From: an uncultured archaeon
GTDB taxonomy: Archaea > Asgardarchaeota > Lokiarchaeia > Helarchaeales > HEL-GB-B
Length of the DNA: 17,281 bases
Reading direction: 5' to 3'
Assembly (NCBI GenBank): GCA_964646355.1
Contig: CAZYEE010000024.1
Coordinates: 5,512 to 22,792, forward strand
Of the stretch, positions 7,833 through 15,970 are shown one piece after another (position 1 is the stretch's first letter; each line of letters opens with the position of its first letter). The translations under genes and the position numbers were made by a program. A model generated the notes under the pieces. The model saw only the letters and a program-made list of their open reading frames with translations. It was not told the origin of the DNA and did not search any database.

Positions 7833-8756
7833 GTGAAACAAATATTGAATAAAAAAGAAGTATTATTGCAAATAATAGAAAATCTTAAGGACCTAAACTT
7901 GAGTAACTTAATGCTAATTAAAACAGATGGCACTTTATTGGCGAATAATTTTCCTAAAAACGCAATAAACTACATAAAAAAAATTATAGAGAAATATAAG
8001 GGTATAAAAGTGAATAACTATGTAAGAGCAAATGTAGCAAATAATTTGAACCTAATATTATATAAGATAAGTAAAAATATTTTTCTTATAAGTTTAAGTA
8101 ATGAAAATGAACATAAATTAGTTAGAAGGTTTAAAGAAATCTCTCAAAAATATAATTATATTTTGTTTGAATTATTTAAGCCATCAATTCCAAAATCAGC
8201 ACCTATTAGATATAAGTATATTAAGTATATCGTTTATTCAAAAGCTGATAATTTAGGACCAAACCCGATTTCGTGGATTCCTGAATCAATTGATGAACAG
8301 GAGAGATTTGAAATCGCAGCAAAATCAATTTTAGTCTTAAGTGCAGGCTTTGATCAGCCTTCACGAAAAAAAATGGACCATATGACTTCTATAATTCCAT
8401 TTGTAAATTATGATTGTATTGGACTTGTTTATACATTTTCAATCTTTTCTCCGAGAGCAAGAGGAAATAGTTTTGATGCAACCATTACTTTATTGATTCC
8501 TCAAATTTATAAGAAATTGTTGCTTAATAAGCTTGATCAGGTAGAGATGGAGTTAAAAGAAGCGACAAAACAAATAACAGGTGGAAGGAATCCAAAATAT
8601 GTCTTGGAAGTATTAAGAGATAGTATTGAGCAGATAATGAGTATTCAGAAAATGAAACCTCAAAGTCAAACACTAGACAGCACATTAAAACAAATCATGA
8701 TATCCGAAATCAGAAAAATTCAAGAAAAAAGGCCCTATTCAACTCTTTTATATTAA
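7833..8756 (+). CDS. Hypothetical two-domain protein: an N-terminal Roadblock/LC7-like domain, a central longin-like (DENN-type longin) domain, and a C-terminal helical tail
   Basis: The ORF is 307 aa. Residues 1-115 (LLQIIENLKDLNLSNLMLIKTDGTLLANNFP ... NLNLILYKISKNIFLISLS ... LVRRFKEISQKY) fit a Roadblock-fold secondary-structure pattern. Residues about 125-235 (YIVYSKADNLGPNPISWIPES ... TSIIPFVNYDCIGLVYTFSIFSPRARGNSFDATITLLIPQ) fit a beta-beta-alpha-beta-beta-beta-alpha longin pattern. The last 70 aa or so are helical and polar. The start is GTG. The confidence given is for a real CDS; the domain calls are less certain. Confidence 0.6.
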   Translation: MKQILNKKEVLLQIIENLKDLNLSNLMLIKTDGTLLANNFPKNAINYIKKIIEKYKGIKVNNYVRANVANNLNLILYKISKNIFLISLSNENEHKLVRRFKEISQKYNYILFELFKPSIPKSAPIRYKYIKYIVYSKADNLGPNPISWIPESIDEQERFEIAAKSILVLSAGFDQPSRKKMDHMTSIIPFVNYDCIGLVYTFSIFSPRARGNSFDATITLLIPQIYKKLLLNKLDQVEMELKEATKQITGGRNPKYVLEVLRDSIEQIMSIQKMKPQSQTLDSTLKQIMISEIRKIQEKRPYSTLLY

Positions 8757-8785
8757 TAATTTTAATGGTCGAGTTAAACTCTAGT

Positions 8786-8793
8786 TTTATAAA
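8786..8793 (+). promoter_or_regulatory. Candidate TATA box (TTTATAAA) upstream of the GINS gene
   Basis: A perfect TTTATAAA lies only about 16-23 nt upstream of the GTG at 8809. This implies a leaderless mRNA, or that the true start is a few codons downstream (for example TTG at 8818). Confidence 0.3.
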
Positions 8794-8808
8794 TAATAAC
8801 TAAAAGAA

Positions 8809-9375
8809 GTGGAGCATTTGGATAATTTCATATTTAAATGGCAGAATAGGGAAGTTAAAGTTAAAATTCTTGAAGATTTACCTGAAATCAAGATGTTTAC
8901 CATTAGTATTGGACCATTTAAGAAGGGTGAAGAAACCAATATCCCTTATTGGATTGCAAAAATATTGAAAAAAGATAAAATAATTGATTTTTTAGAAGAA
9001 GTTGAATATGATGTAGAAGACCTACTTAAAGTTAAATGGAAAGAACAGGAGACCCCAAACATTCAAATTATTGGTAAAGAATTCTACGTAAAAACTAAGG
9101 AAACAATACTAAATTTAATTGATGAGCTCAAAGAAGAGGATAAATTCTCGATAAATTCACAAAAATTACAAAAAAAAGAACGAATTCAATCATTATTAAA
9201 AGATATATTTGCCAGAAGAATATATAAAATATTAAGAATAGCGACTCAAGGGCATGATCAGCCCAAATTTTTGAATAGTTTAACTGATGAGGAGGCGTTA
9301 CTCTATAAACACTTACGACAAATAATAAAAAATTGGCAGAACAATTTTGTGGAAATTGATAAAAAACAAACCTAA
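8809..9375 (+). CDS. gins23: GINS complex subunit, Gins23 type (Psf2/Psf3-like, with the B domain N-terminal to the A domain)
   Basis: The 188-aa ORF opens with a beta-rich domain, VKVKILEDLPEIKMFTISIGPFKKGEETNIPYWIAKILKKDKII. A helical domain follows (LLKDIFARRIYKILRIA ... LNSLTDEEALLYKHL). This parallels eukaryotic Psf2 as I recall it ([26 protein letters not shown] ... LVKDMWDTRIAKL). The exact start codon is uncertain; the ORF track uses GTG. Confidence 0.8.
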   Translation: MEHLDNFIFKWQNREVKVKILEDLPEIKMFTISIGPFKKGEETNIPYWIAKILKKDKIIDFLEEVEYDVEDLLKVKWKEQETPNIQIIGKEFYVKTKETILNLIDELKEEDKFSINSQKLQKKERIQSLLKDIFARRIYKILRIATQGHDQPKFLNSLTDEEALLYKHLRQIIKNWQNNFVEIDKKQT

Positions 9376-9412
9376 TTTTTATAAGAGATAGTTTTTAATT
9401 TATTCAATATAT

Positions 9413-9421
9413 TTTTATAAT
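9413..9421 (+). promoter_or_regulatory. Candidate TATA box for the aro operon
   Basis: TTTTATAAT lies about 60 nt upstream of the aroA' ATG. A GAGGG SD-like element sits at 9464-9468, 10 nt before the ATG. The assignment rests on the motif alone. Confidence 0.3.
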
Positions 9422-9478
9422 ATTCTGATAATCCCTCTAGATATCTGTAAATACTTAAACAATGAGGGACATTTAATT

Positions 9479-10273
9479 ATGATCGGAAAAGATACAAGGT
9501 TAAGACGTATTGGTAAGGAAAACAAGTTTTTGATAATACCAATGGATCATGGGACAACTGTGGGTCCATTACGCGGATTGTATAATATAGAAAAAACAAT
9601 AGCTGATGTTTCAGAATATGCTACTGCTATATTGCTCCATAAAGGCGTCATAAGAGCATTAAAAAATGTTCCAGATATTGGCATTATAATGCATTTATCA
9701 GCCAGTACGGTATTGGGCTCTGAACCAAATTGGAAAGTTAAGGTGGGTTCAGTCCAAGAAGCTGTTAGACTGGGCGTAGATGCAGTATCTATTCATATCA
9801 ACTTGGGAAATATTAGAGAACCTTATATGCTTCAGCACATTGGCGAAATTTCTGAACAATGCGATCTTTGGCAGATCCCTTTAATTAGCATGATTTATCC
9901 AAGAGGAGAAAACATCAAGGATCCATATGATATGAAGACTTTATCTCACGTGGTAAGGTTGGGTGCGGAATTAGGCTCAGATATCATTAAAACAAATTAT
10001 ACAGGAGATCCAAAAACTTTCGAGAAAGTTGTTGAATCGAGTTTTAAACCTGTTATAGTGGCAGGTGGCCCTAAAACTAAAACTGAACAAGAATTTCTTG
10101 AGATGATAAAGGGAGCTATGGATGCGGGAGCTGCAGGAGTTGCAATTGGCAGAAATGTATTTTCAAGCGATGATCCAGGTAAAATGGTAAAAGCGATTTC
10201 CTCAATTATGTATGAAAATTATTCTGTAAATGAGGCTTTGGAGATCCTTAAGAGTAAGAAAGATGAAAATTAA
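9479..10273 (+). CDS. aroA': 2-amino-3,7-dideoxy-D-threo-hept-6-ulosonate (ADH) synthase; class I aldolase family; archaeal shikimate pathway step 1
   Basis: The 264-aa sequence has LIIPMDHGTTVGPLRGL, AVSIHINLG, MIYPRGE, IIKTNYTGD, VIVAGGPKT and AGAAGVAIGRNVF. These closely parallel the MJ0400-type ADH synthase / DhnA aldolase family. The gene sits directly upstream of DHQ synthase II. Confidence 0.9.
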   Translation: MIGKDTRLRRIGKENKFLIIPMDHGTTVGPLRGLYNIEKTIADVSEYATAILLHKGVIRALKNVPDIGIIMHLSASTVLGSEPNWKVKVGSVQEAVRLGVDAVSIHINLGNIREPYMLQHIGEISEQCDLWQIPLISMIYPRGENIKDPYDMKTLSHVVRLGAELGSDIIKTNYTGDPKTFEKVVESSFKPVIVAGGPKTKTEQEFLEMIKGAMDAGAAGVAIGRNVFSSDDPGKMVKAISSIMYENYSVNEALEILKSKKDEN

Positions 10274-10296
10274 ATATTTAAATAAGTGTATTGAAT

Positions 10297-11367
10297 ATGA
10301 AAAAAATAATTCTAAAGTTATTAGGAAATTGGAATGATATTAAAGAAATTGCCAGCGAAGCTGTTATTGAAGGGCTTAATAATTTTATAGTTGCCCCTGA
10401 TAATATAGACAAAATTAGGAATTTCGGAAATGTTCATATTTATTCCTATTCAGAGCAAAATAATCCCGATTTTTTGATAAAAAAGATAACAAATACGGAT
10501 AAACTGGGCGATATTGGTCATTTTAAATTTGGTTTTGAGATTTCAGTATTGGACAAGAAGGATGAAAATTTAGTAATAAAATCCTCGGAATTAAGGCCTA
10601 AGTTCATAATTATTCAAGCAAAAGATTGGGTAGTGATACCATTAGAGAATCTTATTGCTAATTTACATAAAAAAGATGTAGAATTATATGCCGAAGTAAA
10701 TACTATTGATGAAATCAAGCTGTCTTTAGAAATATTAGAACTGGGCACTGATGGAGTCGTTTATACACCGAAGTCTGCTGGAGAATTAAAGGAAATAAAG
10801 GGATTTCTTGCTAAAGAGTTGTCGCTTGAACTTACCACAGCAAAAATAGTTGAGAAAAAGGAGGTCGGGTCAGGTGATCGGGTCTGCATTGATACATGTT
10901 CTTTATTAAAGTTTGGAGAAGGTATGCTTGTTGGTTCGCAATCTAGAGGTTTATTTTTGATCCATGCAGAAACTATAGAAACCGAATTTGTATCTTCAAG
11001 GCCTTTTCGAGTAAATGCAGGCTCTGTATCATCCTATATTCTCATGCCCAACGGTAAGACTCAATATTTATCAGAAATTGAGGCGGGTACTGAAGTATTA
11101 ATTGTAGGTGCTGATGGAAAATGTAGAACAGCAGTTGTAGGGCGATCAAAGATTGAAAAACGACCTTTAATGCTAATAAAAGCTAAAATAAATGAGGATA
11201 TCATCAAGACTATTGTACAAAATGCTGAAACTATCCGCTTGGTCTTAAAAAATGGAGAACCGATTTCAGTTGCCAGAATTAAGGAAGGCGATGAGGTAAT
11301 CGTTTATTATCAAAAAGGTGGACGTCATTTTGGGACTTTAATAGATGAATCAATCATTGAAAAATGA
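10297..11367 (+). CDS. aroB': 3-dehydroquinate synthase II (archaeal type, MJ1249 family)
   Basis: The sequence has GDRVCIDTCSLLKFGEGMLVGSQSRGLFLIHAETIETEFVSSRPFRVNAGSVSSYI, which is characteristic of DHQS-II. The ATG at 10297 is preferred over the TTG at 10291 used by the ORF track. Confidence 0.9.
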   Translation: MKKIILKLLGNWNDIKEIASEAVIEGLNNFIVAPDNIDKIRNFGNVHIYSYSEQNNPDFLIKKITNTDKLGDIGHFKFGFEISVLDKKDENLVIKSSELRPKFIIIQAKDWVVIPLENLIANLHKKDVELYAEVNTIDEIKLSLEILELGTDGVVYTPKSAGELKEIKGFLAKELSLELTTAKIVEKKEVGSGDRVCIDTCSLLKFGEGMLVGSQSRGLFLIHAETIETEFVSSRPFRVNAGSVSSYILMPNGKTQYLSEIEAGTEVLIVGADGKCRTAVVGRSKIEKRPLMLIKAKINEDIIKTIVQNAETIRLVLKNGEPISVARIKEGDEVIVYYQKGGRHFGTLIDESIIEK

Positions 11368-12068
11368 TTAAAATGATATGCGTATCTATTGCTAATAGCA
11401 ATATTGAAGATATGTTCAAGAATTCTAAAAAAGCAATTGGTTTAGGTGCAAATTATATCGAAATCCGGGTTGATTATTTGGAAAACTTATCTTTAAAATC
11501 ATTAAATGGTTTAGCTAAAATCATATCTTTACCAGTCCCCATTATTTTAACATGTAGAAAAAAGGACGAAGGAGGAAAAGCCTCACTCGACGAGAATTCT
11601 AGATTGGAAATATTGGACGCATTGATTAATTTTAAACCTTCATATCTTGATTTAGAATATAATATGGACAAGAATATTTTGAATAGTTTGATAAAAAAAT
11701 GCCATGAAAATGGAGTAAAGGTAATATTATCTTATCACGATTTTAAAGGAACACCAGAGCCCAGTAAAGCTAACTCTATTATAAATTCCATGAAAAACCT
11801 AAACCCCAATGTCATTAAAGTTATTTTTACGGCAAACACGATATATGATAATAATACCATTTTTGAAATACTGAAAAATCATACAAATGAAGATTTAGAA
11901 ATAGTCTCATTCTGTATGGGCGATAAAGGAATAATTTCAAGAGTTTTAAGCCCTTTCTACGGCGCATTATTTACTTTCGCCTCCCTGGATATTCAGACAG
12001 CTCCAGGACAAATATCTTTAATTGAAATGTTAAAGGTTCATGAGATAATTGAAAAATATATTTGTTAA
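11364..12068 (+). CDS. aroD: 3-dehydroquinate dehydratase, type I
   Basis: ICVSI ... YIEIRVDYL ... ILTCRKKDEGG ... YLDLEY ... LSYHDF ... IKVIFTA ... SFCMGDKGIISRV fits type I DHQase. The gene has a 4-nt ATGA overlap with aroB'. Confidence 0.85.
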   Translation: MIKMICVSIANSNIEDMFKNSKKAIGLGANYIEIRVDYLENLSLKSLNGLAKIISLPVPIILTCRKKDEGGKASLDENSRLEILDALINFKPSYLDLEYNMDKNILNSLIKKCHENGVKVILSYHDFKGTPEPSKANSIINSMKNLNPNVIKVIFTANTIYDNNTIFEILKNHTNEDLEIVSFCMGDKGIISRVLSPFYGALFTFASLDIQTAPGQISLIEMLKVHEIIEKYIC

Positions 12069-12130
12069 ATAAAGAAACATGTTTGTTATGTAAATGTAGT
12101 CAATAAATAAATCAAAATTATTACTATTAT

Positions 12131-12135
12131 GGTGG
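12131..12135 (+). promoter_or_regulatory. SD-like GGTGG upstream of the aroE TTG start
   Basis: The sequence tatGGTGGtcaaTTG supports the non-ATG start at 12140. It lies in the only sizeable intergenic gap of the operon (71 nt, 12069-12139). Confidence 0.3.
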
Positions 12136-12139
12136 TCAA

Positions 12140-13036
12140 TTGCTTCATATTAATATCAATGGCTCCACTAAACTTGTTATTTTAATTGGAGACCCAGTAT
12201 CACATTCATTATCACCAAGAATGCATACTGCTGCTTTTCAAAAGATAGGATTTAATGCGATTTATTTAGCTTGTAGAGTCAAAAAAGATAACCTAAAAGA
12301 AGCAATCAATTCAATTAAAGCGTTAGAAATAGTCGGTGCAAATATTACCATTCCCCATAAAGTAGAGACCATCAAATATATTGATAAAATAGACCCAATA
12401 GCCAAGGAAATAGGGGCAATAAATACTATTATTAATCGAAATGGTATTCTATATGCCGTTAATACGGATGGAATTGGTGCTATTAGGTCATTAAAAGAGG
12501 CAGGAATTGAATTAAAAGGCTGCAACGTTTTGATCCTTGGGTCTGGTGGTGCTTCAAGGGCTATTTCTTTTCACCTATTAAACGAAATTAATCATTTATT
12601 TATAACGAACATCAGGGAAAAATCCTTATCAAAATTGACAACAGACCTAGAAAAAAAACATGCTGGCAAAATTACCAAGTTTTTGTATAATAAAGACAAG
12701 CTGAAAGAATATTTAAAAAAATGCGATCTTCTTATTAATTGTACACCCGTTGGTATGTATCCAAATATTCATGAAAGTATGGTGCCGGAGGAATTTCTAA
12801 GAGAGGATTTACCTGTATTCGATATAATTTATAACCCCATCGAAACGAAACTCCTAAAAGACGCAAAAAAGGTGGGCGCCAGAATTATTTACGGATATAA
12901 AATGTTATTATATCAAGGTGTTGAAGGATTTGAGCTATGGACTGGAAAAAAAGCACCAGTTGAATTAATGGAAAAAATATTAATTGATGAGCTATTAAAA
13001 AACGACAACAATAACATAAACAATAAAAAGGGTTAG
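12140..13036 (+). CDS. aroE: Shikimate 5-dehydrogenase
   Basis: GDPVSHSLSPRMHTAAF, NITIPHK, AINTI, NTDGIG and the Rossmann motif GSGGASRA are all present. The start is TTG, and there is no in-frame ATG nearby. Confidence 0.9.
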   Translation: MLHININGSTKLVILIGDPVSHSLSPRMHTAAFQKIGFNAIYLACRVKKDNLKEAINSIKALEIVGANITIPHKVETIKYIDKIDPIAKEIGAINTIINRNGILYAVNTDGIGAIRSLKEAGIELKGCNVLILGSGGASRAISFHLLNEINHLFITNIREKSLSKLTTDLEKKHAGKITKFLYNKDKLKEYLKKCDLLINCTPVGMYPNIHESMVPEEFLREDLPVFDIIYNPIETKLLKDAKKVGARIIYGYKMLLYQGVEGFELWTGKKAPVELMEKILIDELLKNDNNNINNKKG

Positions 13037-13040
13037 TGGA

Positions 13041-13580
13041 ATGAAAAAAACTAATATTGCATTAATTGGTTTTATGGGAACAGGTAAGACCGTAGTTGGT
13101 AAATTAGTGGCTAAAAAATTGAAAAAAGAATTTATTGAAATGGATGACTATATTGAGAAATTGGCGGGTAAATCAATCCCAAAAATTTTCAAAGAGGATG
13201 GAGAATTAATATTTAGAGAGCTGGAGATTAAAGCATGTAAAGAATTATCTAAAAAATCAAACTCCGTGCTTTCATGTGGTGGGGGAATAATACTTAATAA
13301 AATAAATTTAGATTATTTAAGACCCAGTTCGGTTATAATATGTTTAGATGCAAGTCCTAAAGTAATTTACAAAAGGACTGTCATGGTAAATAAGAATAAA
13401 CGACCCTTATTAGCAAATTCGAACCCTCTAAAATCTATAATCAATTTATTAAAATATAGGGCCCCGCTTTATAAACGTGCAACAGAATACCATATAAATA
13501 CTAACAAGCTGACCCCAGATCAAGTGGCAGATAAGGTAATCAAAATATATCAAAAAGTTTTAGAAAATGATACAAAATGA
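13041..13580 (+). CDS. aroK: Shikimate kinase, P-loop NMP-kinase (bacterial AroK/AroL) type
   Basis: The sequence has Walker A GFMGTGKTVVG, plus EMDD, GELIFRELE, SCGGG and NKRPLL. It is not a GHMP-kinase-type sequence. Confidence 0.9.
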   Translation: MKKTNIALIGFMGTGKTVVGKLVAKKLKKEFIEMDDYIEKLAGKSIPKIFKEDGELIFRELEIKACKELSKKSNSVLSCGGGIILNKINLDYLRPSSVIICLDASPKVIYKRTVMVNKNKRPLLANSNPLKSIINLLKYRAPLYKRATEYHINTNKLTPDQVADKVIKIYQKVLENDTK

Positions 13581-14869
13581 AGATTAAAATATATAAATCT
13601 GAACAATTAAAAGGTACAATATCAGCTCCACCTTCTAAGAGTTATACACACAGAGCTATAATAATGTCATCTTTAGCTGATGGAAAAAGTATTATTAAAT
13701 TACCGCTACTTAGTGATGATACTATGTCTTCCATTAATGCATGTATGGCACTCGGAGCTCTGATAAAAATAAATCCATCTGCACTGGAAATTAGGGGGTC
13801 ATTTCCATTTAAACCAAACTCCGACATTATAGATGTAGGAAATTCGGGGACTACCATGCGGATAATTACTGCATTGTGCGGCTATTATCCCGGTAAAATA
13901 ACAATTACTGGTGATGAATCAATACAAAAACGTCCAATGGGGCCTTTAATTAAAGCATTAAAAAAGCTTGGAGTGCAAATAATTTCAAAGAATGAAAATG
14001 ATTGTCCTCCCATTATCGTAAAAGGCCCAACATTAATTGGGGGCGAAACATCAATACCTGGAGATGTAAGCTCTCAATATATAACTGGACTGCTTGTATC
14101 ATGTCCATTGGCTGAAAAAAATTCCGTGATAAATATTACAACTCCATTAAAATCAGCTCCATATATACATATCACACTAGAATGCTTGGACAAATATAGA
14201 ATTAAAGTGGACCATAAATCTAATTTGAGAAAATTTGTTATACAAGGAAATCAGGAATATAAACCAATAAACTTGACAATACCGGGAGATTTCTCCTCTT
14301 CCTCTTTTATGCTTGCACTTGCAGCTATCACTGGCTCAAAGATTACCATGACCAATTTAAATATAGATACGTACCAAGGAGATGTTCAGATTATTGATAT
14401 TTTAAAACAAATGGGCTGCGAAGTCCAAGTAAATAAAGTTGATAATTCAATTACTGTAGTTGGACCAGATAAATTAAATGCGATTGAAATAAATATGGGT
14501 AATATACCCGATCTCTTCCCAGTATTATGTATCTTGGGGACTTTCGCACATGGCATAACAAAATTGTACGGTGCAAGACATTTGCGTTTTAAAGAAAGTG
14601 ACAGAATACACGCCCTGAGTAATGAATTAACAAAATTGGGTGTGAAAATTATTGAAAAAGAAGATGGTGTTGAAATAAAAGGGCCCAATGCTATTAAATT
14701 TAATGAGATCGATGTATATAATGATCATAGAATCGCAATGGCGCTTTCATTATTGGGTGTTAAAATGGAATATTTAATAATCCCTAACATTGAAATATGC
14801 AAAGTTTCATATCCTAATTTTATTGAACATTTAAGATCTCTTGGAGTTGATTTCGAGGTGCTTGAATAA
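13577..14869 (+). CDS. aroA: 3-phosphoshikimate 1-carboxyvinyltransferase (EPSP synthase)
   Basis: PPSKSYTHRA, GNSGTTMR, QKRPMGPL, DVSSQY, RFKESDR and DHRIAMA are present. The gene has a 4-nt overlap with aroK. Confidence 0.95.
   Translation: MKIKIYKSEQLKGTISAPPSKSYTHRAIIMSSLADGKSIIKLPLLSDDTMSSINACMALGALIKINPSALEIRGSFPFKPNSDIIDVGNSGTTMRIITALCGYYPGKITITGDESIQKRPMGPLIKALKKLGVQIISKNENDCPPIIVKGPTLIGGETSIPGDVSSQYITGLLVSCPLAEKNSVINITTPLKSAPYIHITLECLDKYRIKVDHKSNLRKFVIQGNQEYKPINLTIPGDFSSSSFMLALAAITGSKITMTNLNIDTYQGDVQIIDILKQMGCEVQVNKVDNSITVVGPDKLNAIEINMGNIPDLFPVLCILGTFAHGITKLYGARHLRFKESDRIHALSNELTKLGVKIIEKEDGVEIKGPNAIKFNEIDVYNDHRIAMALSLLGVKMEYLIIPNIEICKVSYPNFIEHLRSLGVDFEVLE
14855..14860 (+). promoter_or_regulatory. 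Shine-Dalgarno element for aroC, lying inside the aroA 3' end
   Basis: GAGGTG lies 9 nt upstream of the ATG at 14870. The aroA stop and the aroC start are directly adjacent (TAA ATG). Confidence 0.5.
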
Positions 14870-15970
14870 ATGGCGGCTGGAAATATTTTTGGTACCGCAT
14901 ATAAAGTAGTTTCTTTTGGAGAAAGTCATGGTAAATGCGTTGGCTGCGTTATCGATGGCTGTCCAGCCGGTTTAAAAATATCTGAAGAGTTTATTCAAAA
15001 TGAATTGAATAGAAGGATGCCCGGTAAAGGAGATTTTTCAACCACTAGAAGTGAGAAAGATAAATTCGAAATTTTATCTGGTGTATTTAACGGAATGACT
15101 ACGGGCGCTCCTATTTGTTTATTAGTCTGGAATAGAGATGTAGACTCTTCTTCATATGAAAAAATGAGGTTCATTCCTCGACCCGGACACGCTGACTTTA
15201 CAGCTCATAAAAAATATTCAGGTTATAACGATTATCGAGGCGGTGGCAGATTCTCTGGTAGAATAACTATTTCAATAGTCTTAGCTGGAGCAATAGCCAA
15301 AATTATTTTGAAAGAAAAATTGGGTATTGAGATATTTGCTTATACAAAGACCATAGATGGCATCGAATCAAATATTCCTATACCGAATGATTTTAATAAT
15401 ATAAAAAGAGACCCTGCCACGGGTTGTATCGATCCAGAACTTACAGCAAAAGCCCATAAAATATTGGAGGATCTAAAAAAAGATGGCGATTCTACAGGAG
15501 GAATCATTGAATGCATAGCGAAAAATGTTCCAACTGGTTTAGGCGAACCATTTTTCGATACAATTGAAGGCGATGTCAGCAAGATAATGTTTGCTATCCC
15601 TGCAATTAAGGGCGTCGAATTTGGATCCGGGTTTAAAGGTTCGAGTATGAGAGGCTCTGAAAATAATGACCAATTTATTGTTAAAGAAAATAAAATCCTT
15701 ACCGAAACTAATAATGCAGGTGGAATATTAGGCGGAATATCCACTGGAATGCCAATTGTATTGAGAGTTGCAGTAAAACCTACACCTTCTATTCGAAAGA
15801 CCCAAAAATCGGTTGACATTAAAAAAATGGAACCAATCGAAATTCAAGTAAAGGGCAGACATGATGTTCTTATTGTTCCTCGTGCTATTCCTGTAGTTGA
15901 ATGCGCATTGGCTATTGTTCTTCTTGACCACGCCCTAAGATCTAATATTATTCAAAATGTATTAAGGTGA
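14870..15970 (+). CDS. aroC: Chorismate synthase
   Basis: SFGESHG, DGCPAG, RPGHADF, GGGRFSGR, GGISTG and KGRHD are the canonical chorismate synthase signatures. Confidence 0.95.
   Translation: MAAGNIFGTAYKVVSFGESHGKCVGCVIDGCPAGLKISEEFIQNELNRRMPGKGDFSTTRSEKDKFEILSGVFNGMTTGAPICLLVWNRDVDSSSYEKMRFIPRPGHADFTAHKKYSGYNDYRGGGRFSGRITISIVLAGAIAKIILKEKLGIEIFAYTKTIDGIESNIPIPNDFNNIKRDPATGCIDPELTAKAHKILEDLKKDGDSTGGIIECIAKNVPTGLGEPFFDTIEGDVSKIMFAIPAIKGVEFGSGFKGSSMRGSENNDQFIVKENKILTETNNAGGILGGISTGMPIVLRVAVKPTPSIRKTQKSVDIKKMEPIEIQVKGRHDVLIVPRAIPVVECALAIVLLDHALRSNIIQNVLR

Noticed and set aside
7833-8756. The 307-aa protein considered as a replisome component (PCNA, Gins51, Cdc45/RecJ) because of its position next to gins23
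   Set aside because: It has no DHH/DHHA1 motifs and no GINS A/B-domain pattern. Its length and repeat structure do not fit PCNA. The sequence pattern fits Roadblock and longin folds better.
10291-10296. TTG at 10291 as the DHQS-II start
   Set aside because: An ATG lies two codons downstream (10297) and gives MKKIILKLL. The choice is not decidable from sequence alone, but ATG is the conservative one.
11474-15931. Six minus-strand ORFs inside aroD, aroE, aroA and aroC (11474-11671, 12262-12525, 13642-13857, 14386-14688, 15340-15819, 15728-15931)
   Set aside because: All are antisense to CDSs that carry canonical enzyme signatures, and none has a recognisable motif. The longest one (159 aa) sits opposite the Gly-rich part of chorismate synthase, where stop codons are rare on the antisense strand.
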